From Rhodospirillales bacterium (lineage in GTDB: Bacteria; Pseudomonadota; Alphaproteobacteria; Acetobacterales; Acetobacteraceae), in NCBI GenBank assembly GCA_028288785.1, contig JAQGHV010000138.1, positions 1 to 53,998 on the forward strand: 53,998 nt of DNA. The letters are read 5' to 3'. Under the pieces are notes generated by a model. It was not told the origin of the DNA. It saw only the letters and a list, made by a program, of their open reading frames with translations, and ran no database searches. The position numbers and the translations under genes are program-made. The number at the start of each line of letters is the position of its first letter. The first letter of the stretch is position 1. Of the stretch, positions 9,176 to 19,661 are shown piece after piece.

Positions 9176-10267
9176 TCAGACGGCGAGTGCAGTCGGCGCT
9201 GTCGCCACGGCGCGAAGGAAGCCGCCGCCAATCACCCGTTCGCCGGCATAGACCACCGCCGCCTGCCCAGGGGCCACGACACCAGGCACATCGAGCCTGA
9301 TGTCGATCTCGCCGGCTGCCGCGTCCCAGGCGATCACGGCGGGCTGCGGCATCTCCCGCCCGCGCAGCTTTATCGTGACCCGCATCGCGCTGGTGGGGGG
9401 CTCGACGAGCCAATTGACCTCGCCGGCACGGGCGCCGCGCTGCGGCAGCGCGGCACGTGGGCCGACCACGATGCGCTTCACGGCCGGCTCGACGCGCTGG
9501 ACGTAGAGGCGCTCCGCGGCGGCGATCCCGATGCCGCGCCCCTGCCCCACGGTGAAGCGCGCAATGCCCTGATGCTGGCCAAGCACGCGCCCGGCATCAT
9601 CGACGATCTCGCCTGGCGCCATCGCGTCCGGCCGCATCCGGCCCACGACATCGCTGTAGCGGCCATCGGGGACGAAGCAGATATCCTGGCTGTCGGGCTT
9701 CTCTGCGACGCCTAGGCCAAGTCGCGCGGCCACGTCGCGTACGGAGCGCTTGTCCGCCATGTCGCCCAGCGGGAAGCGGGCGAACTCCAGCTGCTCGCGC
9801 GTCGTCGCGAACAGGAAATAGCTCTGGTCGCGGGCGGCATCGGCGGCGCGGTGCAGTTCAGCACCATCAGGCCCCTCGACGCGGCGCGCGTAGTGGCCGG
9901 TCGCCAGCGCTTCACAGCCGAGATCGCGCGCGAGCACGGTGAGGTCGGCGAACTTCACCGTCTGGTTGCAGCGGACGCAGGGGATCGGCGTCTCGCCGCG
10001 CGCGTAGGTGTCCGCGAAGTCGCTGATAACCGCGTCCCGGAACCGCGCCTCGCGGTCGAGGACGTAGTGCGCGACGCCGAGCTGGTCAGCGACGCGCCGC
10101 GCATCGAGGATGTCCTGCCCGGCGCAGCAGGCACCCTTGCGGGCCGCGGCGGCGCCATGGTCGTACAGCTGCAGTGTCGCGCCCACGACCTCATGCCCCG
10201 CCTCGGCCAGCAGGCCGGCGACGACGGAGGAATCGACCCCTCCCGACATGGCGACGAGGATTCTCAT
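9176..10267 (-). CDS. mnmA: tRNA 2-thiouridylase MnmA
   Basis: AMSGGVDSS, PCVRCN, ATGHY, DQSYFL, DSQDICF, PGQ. Confidence 0.97.
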   Translation of the reverse strand: MRILVAMSGGVDSSVVAGLLAEAGHEVVGATLQLYDHGAAAARKGACCAGQDILDARRVADQLGVAHYVLDREARFRDAVISDFADTYARGETPIPCVRCNQTVKFADLTVLARDLGCEALATGHYARRVEGPDGAELHRAADAARDQSYFLFATTREQLEFARFPLGDMADKRSVRDVAARLGLGVAEKPDSQDICFVPDGRYSDVVGRMRPDAMAPGEIVDDAGRVLGQHQGIARFTVGQGRGIGIAAAERLYVQRVEPAVKRIVVGPRAALPQRGARAGEVNWLVEPPTSAMRVTIKLRGREMPQPAVIAWDAAAGEIDIRLDVPGVVAPGQAAVVYAGERVIGGGFLRAVATAPTALAV

Positions 10268-10301
10268 GGCGAAGGCGCCATGAGTGGATCGACGAGGTTT
10301 T

Positions 10302-10631
10302 TCACCCGCCGGCGTGCTTCGTGGCGGAGGGCAGCTTCACCACCAGCCCGTCCAGCGCCTCGGTCATGATGAGCTGGCAGCCCAGCCGGCTCGTCTCCTG
10401 CAGGTCGAAGGCGAGGTCGAGCATGTCTTCCTCATCCTCGGTCGGCTTCACGAGCTTCTGGAACCAGCCGGCATCGACGATCACGTGGCAGGTCGAGCAG
10501 GCCAGGCTGCCCTCGCAGGCGCCCTCGATATCGATGCCGTGCTTGTGCGCGATCTCCAGCACGGAGAGGCCGTTGGGCGCCTCCACCTCCCGCGCGACGC
10601 CGTTGCGTTCGACAAACACCATCTTCGGCAT
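10302..10631 (-). CDS. fdx: Adrenodoxin-type [2Fe-2S] ferredoxin
   Basis: [13 protein letters not shown] and SRLGCQ. Confidence 0.95.
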   Translation of the reverse strand: MPKMVFVERNGVAREVEAPNGLSVLEIAHKHGIDIEGACEGSLACSTCHVIVDAGWFQKLVKPTEDEEDMLDLAFDLQETSRLGCQLIMTEALDGLVVKLPSATKHAGG

Positions 10632-10638
10632 CGAAATG

Positions 10639-11808
10639 CTACCCTTCCCGAACCCGCGACCACGCCTCGGCCAGGATTACGGCGGCACGGTCAACATCCT
10701 GCGGCGAGGTAAAGCGCCCGAACCCCAGACGCAAGGTCGACCGCGCCCGTGCCTCATCGAGGCCGATCGCGCGCAACACATAGGACGGCTCGACCGAGGC
10801 CGAGGAACAGGCCGACCCGGTCGAGACACAGACGCCGGGCGCGGCCTCCATGACCGCCTGCGCGGAGACACCGCCCGGCAAGGTCAGGTTCAAATTGCCG
10901 GCGACACGCGGCGCGGCCTCGGCGTTTACCACCAGGCCAGGGATGCGAGCGGAAAGCGCGTCGAGGAAGCGCTGGCGCTGCCCGGCGATGCGGCCGGCAT
11001 CGAGCATGCCCTCGCCGCCGGCGATGCGGGCTGCCTCGCCAATGCCGACCACCAGGGGTGCCGCCAGCGTGCCGGAGCGGAGGCCGCGCTCCTGCCCGCC
11101 GCCGGAGAACAGCGGCATCAGGCGGGCCCGCGGGCGGCGTCGGACATACAGCGCGCCGATGCCCTTGGGGCCGTACATCTTGTGGCCCGACAGCGAGACG
11201 AGATCGGCCTGGACTTCCACCACGTCGAGCGGCACGCGCCCCGCCGCCTGGGCGGCATCGGTGTGGAACAGCGCCCCGGCCGCCTTGGCGATCGCGCCGA
11301 TCGCGGGGAGGTCCTGGATCACCCCGATCTCGTTGTTCACCGCCATGACGGAGACCAGGAGCGTCCGCTCATTGACGGCGGCGCGAAGTGCGTCGAGATC
11401 GACCATGCCATCGGCGCCGACGCCGAGGATGACCGGCTCGAAACCCTCCGCCGCCAGGTCGCGCACGCTTTCCAGCACGCATTTATGCTCGGTCGCCAGG
11501 GTCACGATCCGCTTGCGCGGGTCATCATGGGAGGCAGCGAAGCGGGCGACGCCCTTGATGGCCAGGTTGTTCGCCTCCGTCGCGCCCGAGGTCAGCACGA
11601 TCTCGCGCGCCTCGGCCCCGATGAGTGCGGCGAGCTCGGCGCGGGCTTCCTCGACCGCCTCCTCGGCGGCGCGGCCCATGACGTGCTCGACGCTGCCGGG
11701 GTTGGCGAAGTTCTCCTCCCACCATGGGCGCATCGCGGCCAGGACGCGCGGATCGACCGGCGTGGTCGCGTGGTTGTCGAGGTAGATGGGGCGGTTGGAG
11801 TGCGTCAT
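10639..11808 (-). CDS. iscS: Cysteine desulfurase (IscS/NifS class I)
   Basis: [36 protein letters not shown]. Confidence 0.92.
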   Translation of the reverse strand: MTHSNRPIYLDNHATTPVDPRVLAAMRPWWEENFANPGSVEHVMGRAAEEAVEEARAELAALIGAEAREIVLTSGATEANNLAIKGVARFAASHDDPRKRIVTLATEHKCVLESVRDLAAEGFEPVILGVGADGMVDLDALRAAVNERTLLVSVMAVNNEIGVIQDLPAIGAIAKAAGALFHTDAAQAAGRVPLDVVEVQADLVSLSGHKMYGPKGIGALYVRRRPRARLMPLFSGGGQERGLRSGTLAAPLVVGIGEAARIAGGEGMLDAGRIAGQRQRFLDALSARIPGLVVNAEAAPRVAGNLNLTLPGGVSAQAVMEAAPGVCVSTGSACSSASVEPSYVLRAIGLDEARARSTLRLGFGRFTSPQDVDRAAVILAEAWSRVREG

Positions 11809-11828
11809 GGCCGCGACGATATGGGCCC

Positions 11829-12893
11829 TCACGCCGCGCTGCGCGAGATGCGCTGCCGCATGGCGGCCCATGCGATGATGAAGCCGTCGACATCCTGCTC
11901 CGTCGCGTTCCACGGCAGCGAGACGCGGATGGCGCAGCCGGCCAGGCTGCCCAGGCCCATGGCCTCGAGCACATGGCTGCGTGCAACCTTGCCCGACGAA
12001 CACGCCGCACCCGCGGAGACGCGCACACCAGCGAGGTCGAGCGCGATGACCTGGGTCTCGGCCGCCACGCCGGGAAGCGCGATGCAGGAGGTGTTGCCGA
12101 GGCGGGGCACGGCCTTACCGGCGATGACGACCTCAGGTGCCAGATCGAGCAGCCGCGCCTCCATCCGGTCGCGCAGGACTGAAAGGTCGGAGGGATCGCT
12201 GACGGCGGCAGCAGCCATTGCAGCGATGGCGGGCAGTGCCTCGGTCCCGCCGCGCTGGCCGCGTTCCTGTCCGCCGCCGGCGATCAGAGCGCCGATCTCG
12301 ACGCCGGGGGCGAGCAGCAGCGCACCCGCGCCTTTCACGCCACCCATCTTGTGGCCGGAGATCGCCAGGCTGTGCCAACCGCCAGGCACTGTGCCGCGCC
12401 CCGCCGCCTGCACCGCGTCCACCTGAAGCATGGCGCCGGCGGCTCGGCAGAGAGCGGCCACTTCGGCGAGTGGGTGCTGGACGCCCGTCTCATTATTAGC
12501 GGCCATGAGACAGACGAGAGCCGGTCCCTCGCGCAACAGCGCCTCCAAGGCGGCCAGCGACACGACGCCGTCACCATCGACCGGGATCGCGACCGCTCCG
12601 GGCGCGGCGGCCAGCACCGCCGGATGTTCCGTAGCACCCACCAGCACGCGGCGGCCCGGCGCCAAGCCATGGATGGCGAGCGCGTTGGCCTCCGTCCCGC
12701 CGCTGGTGAACACCACGGATCCCGGGCCGAAGCGCGTGCCAATGGTGGTGCGCGCGGCTTCCAGCAGGCGGCGCGCGGCACGCCCATCTGTATGCACCGA
12801 CGAGGGGTTGCCCAGGCAATCCATGGCCGCGATCGCCGCTGCCCTGGCCTCGGGCCTCAGCGGTTCGGTCGCGTTGGCGTCCAGGTAGATCAT
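11829..12893 (-). CDS. Second cysteine desulfurase
   Basis: YLDANAT, GNPSSVH, TSGGTE, SGHKMGG.KG, SAGAACSSG. Confidence 0.92.
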   Translation of the reverse strand: MIYLDANATEPLRPEARAAAIAAMDCLGNPSSVHTDGRAARRLLEAARTTIGTRFGPGSVVFTSGGTEANALAIHGLAPGRRVLVGATEHPAVLAAAPGAVAIPVDGDGVVSLAALEALLREGPALVCLMAANNETGVQHPLAEVAALCRAAGAMLQVDAVQAAGRGTVPGGWHSLAISGHKMGGVKGAGALLLAPGVEIGALIAGGGQERGQRGGTEALPAIAAMAAAAVSDPSDLSVLRDRMEARLLDLAPEVVIAGKAVPRLGNTSCIALPGVAAETQVIALDLAGVRVSAGAACSSGKVARSHVLEAMGLGSLAGCAIRVSLPWNATEQDVDGFIIAWAAMRQRISRSAA

Positions 12894-13399
12894 GAGTAGC
12901 CCGGGAAATCATTCTTCACGCACCGAGCGTTCGCGCCGACGCAGGGTCCTGGCGCGATGGCGCGGCCCCGGATGTCGCCGGCGACCACGTCGGCCAGGGT
13001 GATGCCGCACAAGAATAGCCGGATCTGGTCGCCCAGCTCGGCCCACAAGTCGTGCGTCATGCACTTCTCCCCCGCATGGCAGCCGGGGCCGCCTTCCTCG
13101 CAGCGCGTGGTGATCATCGGCTCCTCCACGGCGTCGACGATGTCGGAGATGCTGATCGCATTCGCCTCGCGGGTCAGGCGGTAACCGCCACCCGGCCCGC
13201 GCGCGGACGCGACAAGACCGGCACGGCGCAGCCGGGCGAAGATCTGCTCGAGATAGGCGAGCGACAGCAACTGCGCCGCCGCGATGTCCGACAGCGAGGC
13301 GGGACGGTCGGCGGAACAGGCCTCACCGCTGGCCCGGAGCCGCGTCGCAAGCTCGACCATGGCCATGACGGCGTAGCGGCCACGGGTGGAGAGTCTCAT
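12890..13399 (-). CDS. iscR: Rrf2 family regulator IscR
   Basis: MRLSTRGRYAV, YLEQIF, RGPGGGY, C-x6-C-x5-C-x2-H ligand pattern. Confidence 0.92.
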   Translation of the reverse strand: MRLSTRGRYAVMAMVELATRLRASGEACSADRPASLSDIAAAQLLSLAYLEQIFARLRRAGLVASARGPGGGYRLTREANAISISDIVDAVEEPMITTRCEEGGPGCHAGEKCMTHDLWAELGDQIRLFLCGITLADVVAGDIRGRAIAPGPCVGANARCVKNDFPGYS

Positions 13400-13653
13400 G
13401 CTGTTTGCCGCCCGCGCCAACCAAGCTCCGCACAACCCTGGGGGCTGCCATGCATCTGGGGAAGGCCGGCTATGATTTTGTTGTGAATGCGCTTCCTACT
13501 TTCGTATATTCTGACGATCGTACCTCGGGCGCACGGTCGAAAGGATCGAAACCAGGCAAAAATTTGTATGCACGCTGCGCGCTCGCAGCCCCATATACAT
13601 GACCTGAGCCATGGCGCCGATGCGTCCGACCCGCGTGCGTTAACTGCAGCCAT
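13396..13653 (-). other. Putative leaderless 85-codon upstream/bridge ORF coupled to iscR
   Basis: ATG lies 6 nt after the predicted -10; TGA overlaps the iscR ATG (ATGA); atypical codon usage. Confidence 0.3.
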
Positions 13654-13658
13654 GATTA

Positions 13659-13691
13659 ACACTATAAAACCCGACTAGGTTGGTCAACCTT
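13659..13691 (-). promoter_or_regulatory. Sigma70 promoter overlapped by an IscR type-1 box
   Basis: - strand TTGACC (13687-13682)-17 nt-TAGTGT (13664-13659); + strand 25-mer AAACCCGACTAGGTTGGTCAACCTT resembles the type-1 consensus ATASYYGACTRWWWYAGTCRRSTAT. Confidence 0.7.
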
Positions 13692-13807
13692 CCGGCGCCT
13701 TGGCGCAAACCTCGATAGTTCTCCCCCGTGCCGCCCAATGGGCGGCCAGCGAAATCGGCGATCGGGTTCACGCCCGGATGCCCAAAACCATAGGAAGCAT
13801 GAACGCG

Positions 13808-14476
13808 ATGCCAGAAGTCATGTTCGCCGGCCCCGAGGGTCGTCTCGAAGGCCGTTATCACCACGCCAAGCGCCCCAACGCCCCCGTCGCGCTGATCCTG
13901 CACCCGCATCCGCTTCATGGCGGCACCATGAACAATCGTGTGGTGCACTGCCTCTACCAGCGTTTCCAGGCGATGGGATTCTCGACGCTGCGCTTCAACT
14001 TCCGGGGCGTCGGCAAGAGCCAGGGCCGGTATGATGGCGGCATCGGCGAGATCAGCGACGCGGCGGCGGGTCTCGATTTCCTCCAGGCCGTGAACCCGGC
14101 GGCGTCCTCGCTATGGGTCGGCGGCTACTCCTTTGGCTCCTTCGTGGGCATGCAGTTGCTGATGCGCCGGCCGGAAATGGGCGGCTTCGTGTCGATCAGC
14201 CCGCCGGCCAGCCATTATGATTTCGGCTTCCTCGCGCCGTGTCCCTGCAACGGGCTGATGTTCCACGGCGCCGAAGACGAGCTCGTTCCAGAGGCTTCCG
14301 TCCGCAAGCTGGTCGACAAGCTGAACCTGCAGAAGGGCATCAAGCTCGACTACCGGGTGCAACCTGGCGAGGGCCACGTCTTCACGCCCGAGGGCACTGT
14401 GCAGATCGGCCTTGCCGTTGATGACCATGTGATGGGCATCCTCAACCGCCGGAAGATGGCGCTCGCCGCCGACTGA
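13808..14476 (+). CDS. Alpha/beta hydrolase commonly linked to isc loci
   Basis: HPHPLHGGTMNN, RFNFRGVG, GYSFG, catalytic Asp/His candidates. Confidence 0.9.
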   Translation: MPEVMFAGPEGRLEGRYHHAKRPNAPVALILHPHPLHGGTMNNRVVHCLYQRFQAMGFSTLRFNFRGVGKSQGRYDGGIGEISDAAAGLDFLQAVNPAASSLWVGGYSFGSFVGMQLLMRRPEMGGFVSISPPASHYDFGFLAPCPCNGLMFHGAEDELVPEASVRKLVDKLNLQKGIKLDYRVQPGEGHVFTPEGTVQIGLAVDDHVMGILNRRKMALAAD

Positions 14477-14482
14477 GGCGGT

Positions 14483-15580
14483 TTAGCCGGGGAGGCCGGT
14501 CAGCCGTCCCCCCGGCCAGGGGCGTGGCACGCCGGTCGTCCCGGGAAAGCTGAGCGGTAGGCCGCGCAGGACACGCGCGGGCAGCACACCGAAGGCCTGG
14601 GCTTCCAGGGCATCGCCATCCCATCCGACCTCCTCGACTGCCCGCACGAGAGGCTCCAGCGCCGCCCCGAGCGCACGCATGATCGCGGCGTTGCGCCGCC
14701 CGCCACCGGCAACGAGCCATTGCAGGGGAGGCTCCGGTAGCAGCTTGGCGGCCATCGCCACGCAGCCAACGGCGAATGCCACCAGAGTCGCGGCGCCATC
14801 TGCCGGGCTCAATGCCGCCAATCCAGATCCCGCCAGCGCCTTCGAGAAACTAAGCCGGTCCAAAGACTTCGGCGGCGGTGCTGCGAGATAAGGTTGAGTA
14901 AGCAGCCGCCCCAACACAGCCGTATCGGCATTGCCAGACAACGCCAGCCGCCCGCCCTCATCGTGAGGCTGCCCGGCGTGCTCGCGCACCCAGTCATCGA
15001 TGGGACCATTGGCTGGGCCAGTGTCAAAGGCAACCAGCGCGCCATCGCTCCCGATGAAGGTCAGGTTCGCGACGCCACCCAGGTTGAGCACCGCCAGCGG
15101 CTTCGGCAGCGCCTCGGCGAGCACCGCATGGAAGATTGGCACCAGCGGAGCGCCCTGCCCGCCCGCCGCCATGTCGGCGCTGCGGAAATCATGCGCGACC
15201 CGAACCCCCGTGAGGCGCGCCAGCAGCGCCGCATCACCTATCTGCCAAGTGCGCCCGATCTCGCCTGCCGCGCGCGGCGGCTGATGCAGGATCGTCTGGC
15301 CATGAAAGCCGATGAGGTCCGCGGCACCGCCAAGTGCGGCAACGGCCTCGGCATGCACCTCGGTCAGGCGCCGCTCCGCGTCAAGCAGCGCGGGGTCGTC
15401 AGGTGCGAGCCCCGCTTGCGCACGGTCCAGCAGATCCCGCAGATCGCGCCGCAGAGCCGGCGAATAGGGTAGCGTCACGCGCTTGCCGAAGCCGCCGATC
15501 CGCTCGCCATCCGTCTCCACCATCGCGGCGTCGACCCCGTCCAGCGAAGTGCCGCTCATCAGCCCAATGGTTCTCAGCAT
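14483..15580 (-). CDS. anmK: Anhydro-N-acetylmuramic acid kinase
   Basis: [35 protein letters not shown]. Confidence 0.95.
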   Translation of the reverse strand: MLRTIGLMSGTSLDGVDAAMVETDGERIGGFGKRVTLPYSPALRRDLRDLLDRAQAGLAPDDPALLDAERRLTEVHAEAVAALGGAADLIGFHGQTILHQPPRAAGEIGRTWQIGDAALLARLTGVRVAHDFRSADMAAGGQGAPLVPIFHAVLAEALPKPLAVLNLGGVANLTFIGSDGALVAFDTGPANGPIDDWVREHAGQPHDEGGRLALSGNADTAVLGRLLTQPYLAAPPPKSLDRLSFSKALAGSGLAALSPADGAATLVAFAVGCVAMAAKLLPEPPLQWLVAGGGRRNAAIMRALGAALEPLVRAVEEVGWDGDALEAQAFGVLPARVLRGLPLSFPGTTGVPRPWPGGRLTGLPG

Positions 15581-15630
15581 TTTGCGAGTGTGCTAGCCCC
15601 GCCCATCCGACGAAAGCCCCAGAGCACCTC

Positions 15631-16878
15631 ATGCCGGCAGATTTCTTCCCCTCCGATTTTCTAAATGAAGCGCGCGTGCGTGGCTTCATCCACCAGACCA
15701 CCGACGAGGCCGCACTCGCGGCGCGGCTGAAGCTTGGCCCCCTGCCCGGCTATATCGGCTTCGATGCGACGGCTGACAGCCTCCATGTCGGCTCCCTGGT
15801 TCAGATCATGCTGCTGCGCCTGATGCAGCGCACCGGGCACAAGCCCATCGTGCTGATGGGCGGGGGGACGACCAAGGTCGGCGACCCCTCCTTCCGCGAC
15901 GAGGCGCGGCCGCTGCTCGACGACGCGCAGATTGAGGTGAACAAGGCAGGTATCCGGAAGGTGTTCGACGCCTTCCTCACCTTCGGCGACGGCCCCACCG
16001 ATGCATTGATGCTCGACAACGCGGAATGGCTGGACGCGCTACTGTATGTACCGTTCCTGCGAGAGGTGGGGCGGCATTTCTCGGTCAACCGCATGCTGTC
16101 GATGGACAGCGTGAAGCTGCGTCTCGACCGCGAGCAGAACCTGTCCTTCCTCGAATTCAACTACATGTTGCTGCAATCCTATGATTTTTTGGAGCTGCAT
16201 CGGCGCCACGGCATCGCACTCCAGATGGGCGGGTCCGATCAGTGGGGGAACATCGTGCTCGGCGCCGACCTGATCCGGCGCGTCACCGGCGGCGAGGCGC
16301 ATGCGCTGACCACGCCGCTGCTGACCACGGCCTCGGGTGCGAAAATGGGCAAGACCGCGGCGGGCGCGGTCTGGCTCAACGCCGAGCGGGTGAGCCCCTA
16401 CGACTACTGGCAGTTCTGGCGCAACACGGAGGATGCCGATGTCGGCCGCTTCCTTGCGCTGTTCACGGAGCTGCCGCTGGATGAGATCGCGCGCCTGGCG
16501 GCACTCGGCGGGGCTGAGGTGAACGAGGCGAAGAAGGTCCTGGCGACCGAGGCGACCGCGCTGCTGCATGGCCGTGACGCCGCGATCCAGGCGGCCGAGA
16601 CCGCGCACCGCACCTTCGTCAAGGGCGCGGCGGCGAGCGCCGATCTGCCCTCGATCACCGTGGCCCTGGGCACCCCGATCGTGGACCTGCTCATCCAGGC
16701 CGGCTTCACCAGCAGCAAGGGCGAGGGCCGGCGGCTCGTGGCTGGACGGGGCATTTCTCTGAACGGGGTGGCGCTCGAGGACGCGGCGCACGGGCTGGCC
16801 GAGGCCGATCTGCGCGATGGAACGCTGACGCTGTCGTTGGGCAAGAAGCGGCATGTGCTGGTGCGAGTCGGGGCGTAG
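15631..16878 (+). CDS. tyrS: Tyrosine--tRNA ligase
   Basis: [29 protein letters not shown]-terminal S4 domain. Confidence 0.97.
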   Translation: MPADFFPSDFLNEARVRGFIHQTTDEAALAARLKLGPLPGYIGFDATADSLHVGSLVQIMLLRLMQRTGHKPIVLMGGGTTKVGDPSFRDEARPLLDDAQIEVNKAGIRKVFDAFLTFGDGPTDALMLDNAEWLDALLYVPFLREVGRHFSVNRMLSMDSVKLRLDREQNLSFLEFNYMLLQSYDFLELHRRHGIALQMGGSDQWGNIVLGADLIRRVTGGEAHALTTPLLTTASGAKMGKTAAGAVWLNAERVSPYDYWQFWRNTEDADVGRFLALFTELPLDEIARLAALGGAEVNEAKKVLATEATALLHGRDAAIQAAETAHRTFVKGAAASADLPSITVALGTPIVDLLIQAGFTSSKGEGRRLVAGRGISLNGVALEDAAHGLAEADLRDGTLTLSLGKKRHVLVRVGA

Positions 16879-16892
16879 GGTTCGTCGCACCG

Positions 16893-17338
16893 ATGATCAG
16901 GAAGGCGGCCCAGGCGGATGAAGCCGCCATCCGGGCCTGCGCGGAAGCAGCCTACCTGCCCTACGTCGCCGCGATGGGCCGAAAGCCCCCTCCGATGGTC
17001 GCCGACTTCGCGACACAGATCGCGGAGGGCACGGTTCGTGTGGCGGTCGGCGACCGCGATGCCTGCAAGGATTCATCGTGTTCTACCCGCAGGCGGATCA
17101 CATGCTCCTCGAAAACGTCGCGGTGCAGCCGGCCGCGACAGGCCAGGGGATCGGCAAATCACTGATCCGCTTCTGCGAGGATACCGGGCGGCACGCCGGA
17201 CTTCCGGCCGTGCGGCTCTATACGAATGCAAAGATGACCCGGAACCTCGCTTTGTACCCGCGGCTTGGCTACGTGGAGATCGGTCGCCGCAGCGAAGATG
17301 GGTTCGACCGCATCTTCTTCATGAAGCACCTGACCTGA
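16893..17338 (+). pseudogene. GNAT acetyltransferase, frameshifted
   Basis: N-half (16893-) and C-half (GFIVFYP..LENVAV..QGIG..LYTN) lie in different frames; one base missing near 17061-17065. Confidence 0.8.
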
Positions 17339-17362
17339 GTTCCAGACACCCGGCCCCGCCAC

Positions 17363-17557
17363 TCACGCGGGTTTGGGCCCGGCGCGTCGAGCAGCTTCGA
17401 TCAGGGACAACGCAAACAGCGCCACGGCCCGCTCACCCATGCGCAGCTTGGCGCCGAGGGACAGCGCGTGCTTCAGGGCGCGCCGTGCCGCTGGTTCCCC
17501 CGCGGTCATCTCAAGAAGGCCCAGCAGCAAGGGCGACGCCTGCTTCCGCTTACCCAC
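17363..17557 (-). CDS. Possible 64-aa hypothetical protein
   Basis: GTG-start helical-looking ORF filling the GNAT-serA gap; no family recognised. Confidence 0.3.
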   Translation of the reverse strand: MGKRKQASPLLLGLLEMTAGEPAARRALKHALSLGAKLRMGERAVALFALSLIEAARRAGPKPA

Positions 17558-17656
17558 CGAAGCGATTCTCGTTGAACATTTCCAATTGTTAATCTCACAC
17601 CTGCCCCGCACGCAAGCCGCTTGCACCGCACGCACCCCTTGTGCAGAGAGCAGCCC

Positions 17657-18901
17657 ATGAACCGCATCTCCCTCCCCAAGGACAAAATCCGCATCCTGCT
17701 GCTGGAGGGCATCTCCGACAGCGGCGTCGCGCTGCTCAGCGGCGCCGGCTACGAGAATGTCACGCGGGTCGACAAGGCACTCGACGGCGAAACGCTGCGC
17801 GACGCGATGAAGGGCGTGCACATCCTCGGCATCCGCAGCCGGTCGCAGCTGACCGAGGAAGTCTTCGCCGCCGCCGATCGACTCATCGCGGTGGGCTGCT
17901 TCTGCATCGGCACCAACCAGGTGGACCTCGAGGCGGCGCAGCGCCGTGGCATCGCGGTGTTCAACGCGCCGTTCTCGAACACCCGCTCGGTCGCCGAACT
18001 CACGCTTGGCGAGATCGTCATGCTGATGCGCGGCATCTTCCCCAAGTCCGCCTCCGCCCATGCCGGTGGTTGGGACAAGTCGTCCGCCAATTCGTGGGAG
18101 ATGCGTGGCAAGACGCTGGGGATCATCGGCTACGGCAATATCGGCAGCCAGCTTTCGGTGCTTGCCGAGGCCTTCGGCATGCGCGTGCTCTACCATGACC
18201 ACACGGCCAAGCTGCCGCACGGCAACGCGCGGCAGGCGAATTCGCTGGAGCACCTGCTCGCGAACTCCGACGCCATCACCGTGCACGTGCCGGAGACGAC
18301 CGACACGGTCGGCATGATCGGCGCGCGCGAGATCGCGCAGATGAAGAAGGGTGCGGTGGTGGTGAACAATGCGCGCGGCACCATCATCGACCTCCAGGCG
18401 CTGGCGGATGCGCTGCGCAGCGGTCACCTGCTCGGCGCCGCAGTGGACGTCTTCCCGGTCGAGCCCAGCCGCAATGGCGAGGCGTTCGTCTCCCCCCTGC
18501 AGGGAATTCCTAACGTGATCCTGACCCCGCATATCGGCGGCAGCACGGGCGAGGCGCAGGAGCGGATCGGCGAGGAAGTGGCCAAGAAGCTCGCCGAATA
18601 CAGTGACACCGGGACGTCGCTCGGCGCGGTGAACTTCCCCAATGTGCAGCTTCCGGCACGCCCGACCGGTGCACGCTGGACGCATTTGCACCGCGATACG
18701 CCGGGGATGCTGTCCCGCATCAACGAGGCGTTCGGCCGACGCGGGCTGAACATCTCGGCGCAGTATTATCAGACGTCCAACGAGCTCGGTTATGTCGTGG
18801 TCGACAGCGTCGAGGCGCGGGCCGAGGCGGAGAGCATCCTGGGTGAGCTGCGCGCACTGCCGGGGACACTGCGGGCGCGCCTGATCTACGAGCGAAACTG
18901 A
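17657..18901 (+). CDS. serA: D-3-phosphoglycerate dehydrogenase
   Basis: GIRSRS, CIGTNQVD, APFSNTRSVAEL, GYGNIG, TPHIGGST, ACT domain. Confidence 0.96.
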   Translation: MNRISLPKDKIRILLLEGISDSGVALLSGAGYENVTRVDKALDGETLRDAMKGVHILGIRSRSQLTEEVFAAADRLIAVGCFCIGTNQVDLEAAQRRGIAVFNAPFSNTRSVAELTLGEIVMLMRGIFPKSASAHAGGWDKSSANSWEMRGKTLGIIGYGNIGSQLSVLAEAFGMRVLYHDHTAKLPHGNARQANSLEHLLANSDAITVHVPETTDTVGMIGAREIAQMKKGAVVVNNARGTIIDLQALADALRSGHLLGAAVDVFPVEPSRNGEAFVSPLQGIPNVILTPHIGGSTGEAQERIGEEVAKKLAEYSDTGTSLGAVNFPNVQLPARPTGARWTHLHRDTPGMLSRINEAFGRRGLNISAQYYQTSNELGYVVVDSVEARAEAESILGELRALPGTLRARLIYERN

Positions 18902-18906
18902 AACGC

Positions 18907-19650
18907 GTGGCGAAGCGCTCCGGTTTCGCGGGCTTCCCCGCAGATGCCGAGGCGTTCCTCGTCGAACTCGCCGCAAACAACAACCGTGAATGGTACCTGG
19001 CGAACAAGACGCGCCATGCGGAGGCAATCCTGGCCCCGGCCGCGGCGCTCATCGAGAGCCTGAACTTCGCCTTCGCCGTGCATGATCTGCCGCTGCGCGG
19101 CGATCCGAGGAAATCAGTGTTCCGCCTGCACCGCGACACCCGGTTTTCCGCCGACAAGACGCCGTACAAATCCCATGCGGGCATCGTGTTCTCGCGCGAC
19201 GGCAGCAGGGCCACCCTGCACATGCTGTACATCCAAGTGGGCGGAGAGGACGGGCCGTTCATGGGGATGGGCTTTTACATGCCGCCCCCGGCGGAGCTTG
19301 CCGCGCTGCGCGACGCGATCGCGGAGGCGCCCGAGGATTGGGCCGCGATGCTCGCCGGTCTGCGCAAAGCAAAGCTGTCGCTCGAAGCCGGCGATCCTCT
19401 GCAGCGTATGCCGAAGGGTTTCGAGGGTTTCGCGGGCACGCCAGTCGCGGCCGACCTCAAGCGCCGGCACTTTACCGTCCGCCGCCGCATCCCGCCGGCA
19501 CGGATGGGGAAGCCGGAGCTGGTAAGCGACGTGCTCGCCTTCGCGAGGGCCGGGCTGCCGTTGCTCAGCTTCGGCGCAAAGGCTCTGCACGGGCTGGTGC
19601 CCACGGCGATGAGGCGGGCTGGCGCGGCACAACCCGCCGGGAAGGATTAA
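18907..19650 (+). CDS. DUF2461 family protein
   Basis: FL.ELAANNNREW, FRLHRDTRFSADKTPYK. Confidence 0.88.
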   Translation: MAKRSGFAGFPADAEAFLVELAANNNREWYLANKTRHAEAILAPAAALIESLNFAFAVHDLPLRGDPRKSVFRLHRDTRFSADKTPYKSHAGIVFSRDGSRATLHMLYIQVGGEDGPFMGMGFYMPPPAELAALRDAIAEAPEDWAAMLAGLRKAKLSLEAGDPLQRMPKGFEGFAGTPVAADLKRRHFTVRRRIPPARMGKPELVSDVLAFARAGLPLLSFGAKALHGLVPTAMRRAGAAQPAGKD

Positions 19651-19661
19651 ACGGCGCGCGC

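Noticed and set aside
10174-12426. 750-aa + strand ORF and similar long antisense ORFs (17363-19027, 29445-31058, 48528-50144, 51995-53566)
   Set aside because: These are shadow ORFs opposite well-supported genes in high-GC DNA, with no recognisable motifs.
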